NCBI GenBank assembly: GCA_038750705.1
Contig: JBCDHA010000001.1
Coordinates: forward strand, 1 to 47,501
Source: Bacteroidota bacterium
GTDB taxonomy: Bacteria > Bacteroidota > Bacteroidia > Cytophagales > Cyclobacteriaceae
Length of the DNA: 47,501 nucleotides
Direction of reading: 5' to 3'
Positions 46,601 to 47,501 of the stretch are shown here, in pieces. The notes under the pieces are model-generated. The model was not told the DNA's origin and did not search any database. It saw only the letters and a list, made by a program, of their open reading frames with translations. How positions within the stretch are numbered: position 1 is the first letter of the stretch; each line of letters starts with the position of its first letter. Position numbers and translations under genes: made by a program.

Positions 46601-47501
46601 GATTACCAGAAATTATTGCATCACCAAGCAACAGGTCGTAAGAAATCCTTACTGTTTCACCGCCTTCCAGCGTTAAATTACCCCATGTGATAACATCTGT
46701 ATCTCCTTCAACCGGTTGAAGGCTAAAGTCCGAAGATCCTCCTGCATCAAATTCAATGGTGTCCTGCAGAAATACAAAACCTTGCGGCAATACTTCTGTC
46801 ACCTCAAGGGTATTTGGCTGGCTGGAATTATTCGTGAAAAATGCATGATAGGTGACTATGCTACCTTCACAGCCAAAAGTTGAACTATACAGCACTCCGC
46901 TAACTCCACAACTCTCGCTAGCTGTGCAATCAGGGTCGTCACAATCCGTAAGTCCATCGCCATCATCATCAATCCCATTATCGCAAATCTCGGGAAACAC
47001 GGGAGTTGCTGCCGATGGGCAGCTCATACCATCATTTCCTCCGTTCGGCGCAGAAGTGGAAATGAAACCATATTCGGAAATCGAACCGTCTGACTCAAAA
47101 ACGGCCCTATAAATATTACCTGTGTTGTTGTTGAAAAAATACATTTTGCCTGATTCATCAGCCCATACCGCCCCGTAACCGCCTGATTCCGATTCGAGTG
47201 AATAATCCGCTATGGCACGTACCGTATGATTTATATGATCAAATTCCATGATCAAACCATCGTGCATACCATAAAATTTACCTGTTACTACGTTATAGGC
47301 TATATCGTTAGTTTTTACAGCCGCCGCAACGCCACCTAACTCCGTTAAGGTAAATTCTTGAGCACTAGGTGGCTGAATACTAACGTCAATTAGGTTCGCC
47401 ACCCAGGACGATCCATTCTTCTTTAAGGAATGCCAATTCCCATTTAAATCAAAGTCACCAGAATATGAAAGCGCTGAGAAATTTGAAATGGTACCAAGGT
47501 C
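43620..47501 (-). CDS. Large T9SS-secreted protein (5' end beyond the window): repeated DUF6923-like beta domains, DUF11-like domain, GEVED domain, type A CTD
   Basis: The frame stays open to 47501. It has two YGAxW...NDGxSCP repeats, EICDNGIDDDGDGLTDCDDPDC, GEVEDY and VYPNPV...DLTGK...GFYVV...KVIVN. Confidence 0.88.
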   Translation of the reverse strand, partial: DLGTISNFSALSYSGDFDLNGNWHSLKKNGSSWVANLIDVSIQPPSAQEFTLTELGGVAAAVKTNDIAYNVVTGKFYGMHDGLIMEFDHINHTVRAIADYSLESESGGYGAVWADESGKMYFFNNNTGNIYRAVFESDGSISEYGFISTSAPNGGNDGMSCPSAATPVFPEICDNGIDDDGDGLTDCDDPDCTASESCGVSGVLYSSTFGCEGSIVTYHAFFTNNSSQPNTLEVTEVLPQGFVFLQDTIEFDAGGSSDFSLQPVEGDTDVITWGNLTLEGGETVRISYDLLLGDAIISGNQYNNISVELTTPGTLVYPSTLSEAIAVGQCPTPNSYSCEPAFYQVYKKKGKNQPNVYGKLNPITGDYDAIAIASDFANGLGFDINTGLVYGASGKRFIQLDADGVVIDQGISFSKNVYRGDINNDSEWYGVVGGDMVKIDVSGTPSVLATYSGQGLKGWDLAFHSDGHFYSLHNQALEQFNTTTNTKTTLGAITGVVGISGGYGAQWGGSDGYLYASHNATGKILRIDVATLEARVVSHSTAELSKNDGFSCPTEIPVIYEFDYGDNSAFPQSRVLSYRQDLSNDNVPDFSKFWLGNTVNFDNSDPSNAQADGDLDDGFTLSTEIAEGEVSAIIGLNANMEGLAHYMLGIDWDDNGSFDDVIIDSEYLTGSKTVIRQINVPGGFSGGNVNIRLIIAESNLASDQLSGDIMVLGEVEDYRYNLTTVCDGENCEVTTGNNGGLESNGSLARAVAKRNYGRVKTNSKMHIKGFQPTLSFYKTTKANRTSGKSSYFPSSGLTGNESVTVSSPEDLIGITNAVDLFAVDYYLNEKRVAASLLLETNNEVYDHSKNVCDRLNGKSIEETKVMNLDGIQVIFAKIKDEYGAVEYSSWFSVKDLDDQYEVYSRWNVDNYPTGNYLNFQAWGSTPGQVFFILKHVLEQLKSDKDIVSNTESEALPEVIVKKGRYESGALIMTIMNTSGHTEAEIEVSSRNTEQESFLKKTYTISLNGNSEQEILLETGHLFDAGLSVRSSDNAAYDALYLADGAWGTDFNSKLSTVSHFQVTEVQEIASPDSYLVERDFSISGASSDVVNVFRNLKAGEGTLVCSEFSTMSFDIENDRPLEIVLVEKGLVEWNNRLKYIIPVHTEKSTVILRLEDFKGSRITENLELKSIVFSFISQVENKEDFNFSASKIKFGNERILSVRSENENQVNQGLTVYPNPVKERMNIVFESEINGNYQLTIQDLTGKIVVSEQRQAYEGEQKIGLDLSLEGGFYVVTVVLSSGERLTNKVIVN

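Noticed and set aside
1-47501. CRISPR array, IS transposase, rRNA
   Set aside because: No regularly spaced repeats, transposase motifs or rRNA-like sequence were seen

Overview
This is DNA from a Bacteroidota genome, inferred from TAnnTTTG promoters and a type IX secretion (T9SS) C-terminal domain; Cytophagales is a guess. About 40.7 kb of the window is the right part of an integrative element. Its tyrosine integrase (39275-40612) sits next to an unrestored 5' half of tRNA-Arg(CCT) broken at the anticodon loop, and the left end of the element is not visible. From left to right the element carries: (i) a probable phosphorothioate-linked defence locus (tail of a putative SspD-like gene facing cysteine desulfurase, SF2 helicase, GHKL ATPase and PLD nuclease); (ii) a phage/anti-defence-like module (small basic ORF, RadC/JAB, fused C5+N6A DNA methyltransferase, RecA-like ATPase, two membrane proteins, XRE regulator); (iii) about 28 kb of metal-homeostasis cargo (czc RND/CDF cluster, DtxR-regulated di-haem/Rieske/porin operon, ArsR-merTP, two Cu P-type ATPases, cus RND system, AraC regulator), punctuated by two copies of a 72-aa excisionase-like gene. 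Host DNA follows: an ABC-permease remnant, tRNA-Lys, three small genes and a large T9SS protein running off the end. The most notable signals are two Cys-rich, Pro-Pro-containing upstream ORFs, each linked by a 13-14 bp RNA helix to the initiation region of an RND metal pump (candidate metal-sensing leader-peptide switches); the helicase-GHKL-PLD effector beside the sulfur genes; and recurring L-x-G motifs at domain boundaries in the phage-like module. All family assignments are from motif recognition by eye; no searches were run.
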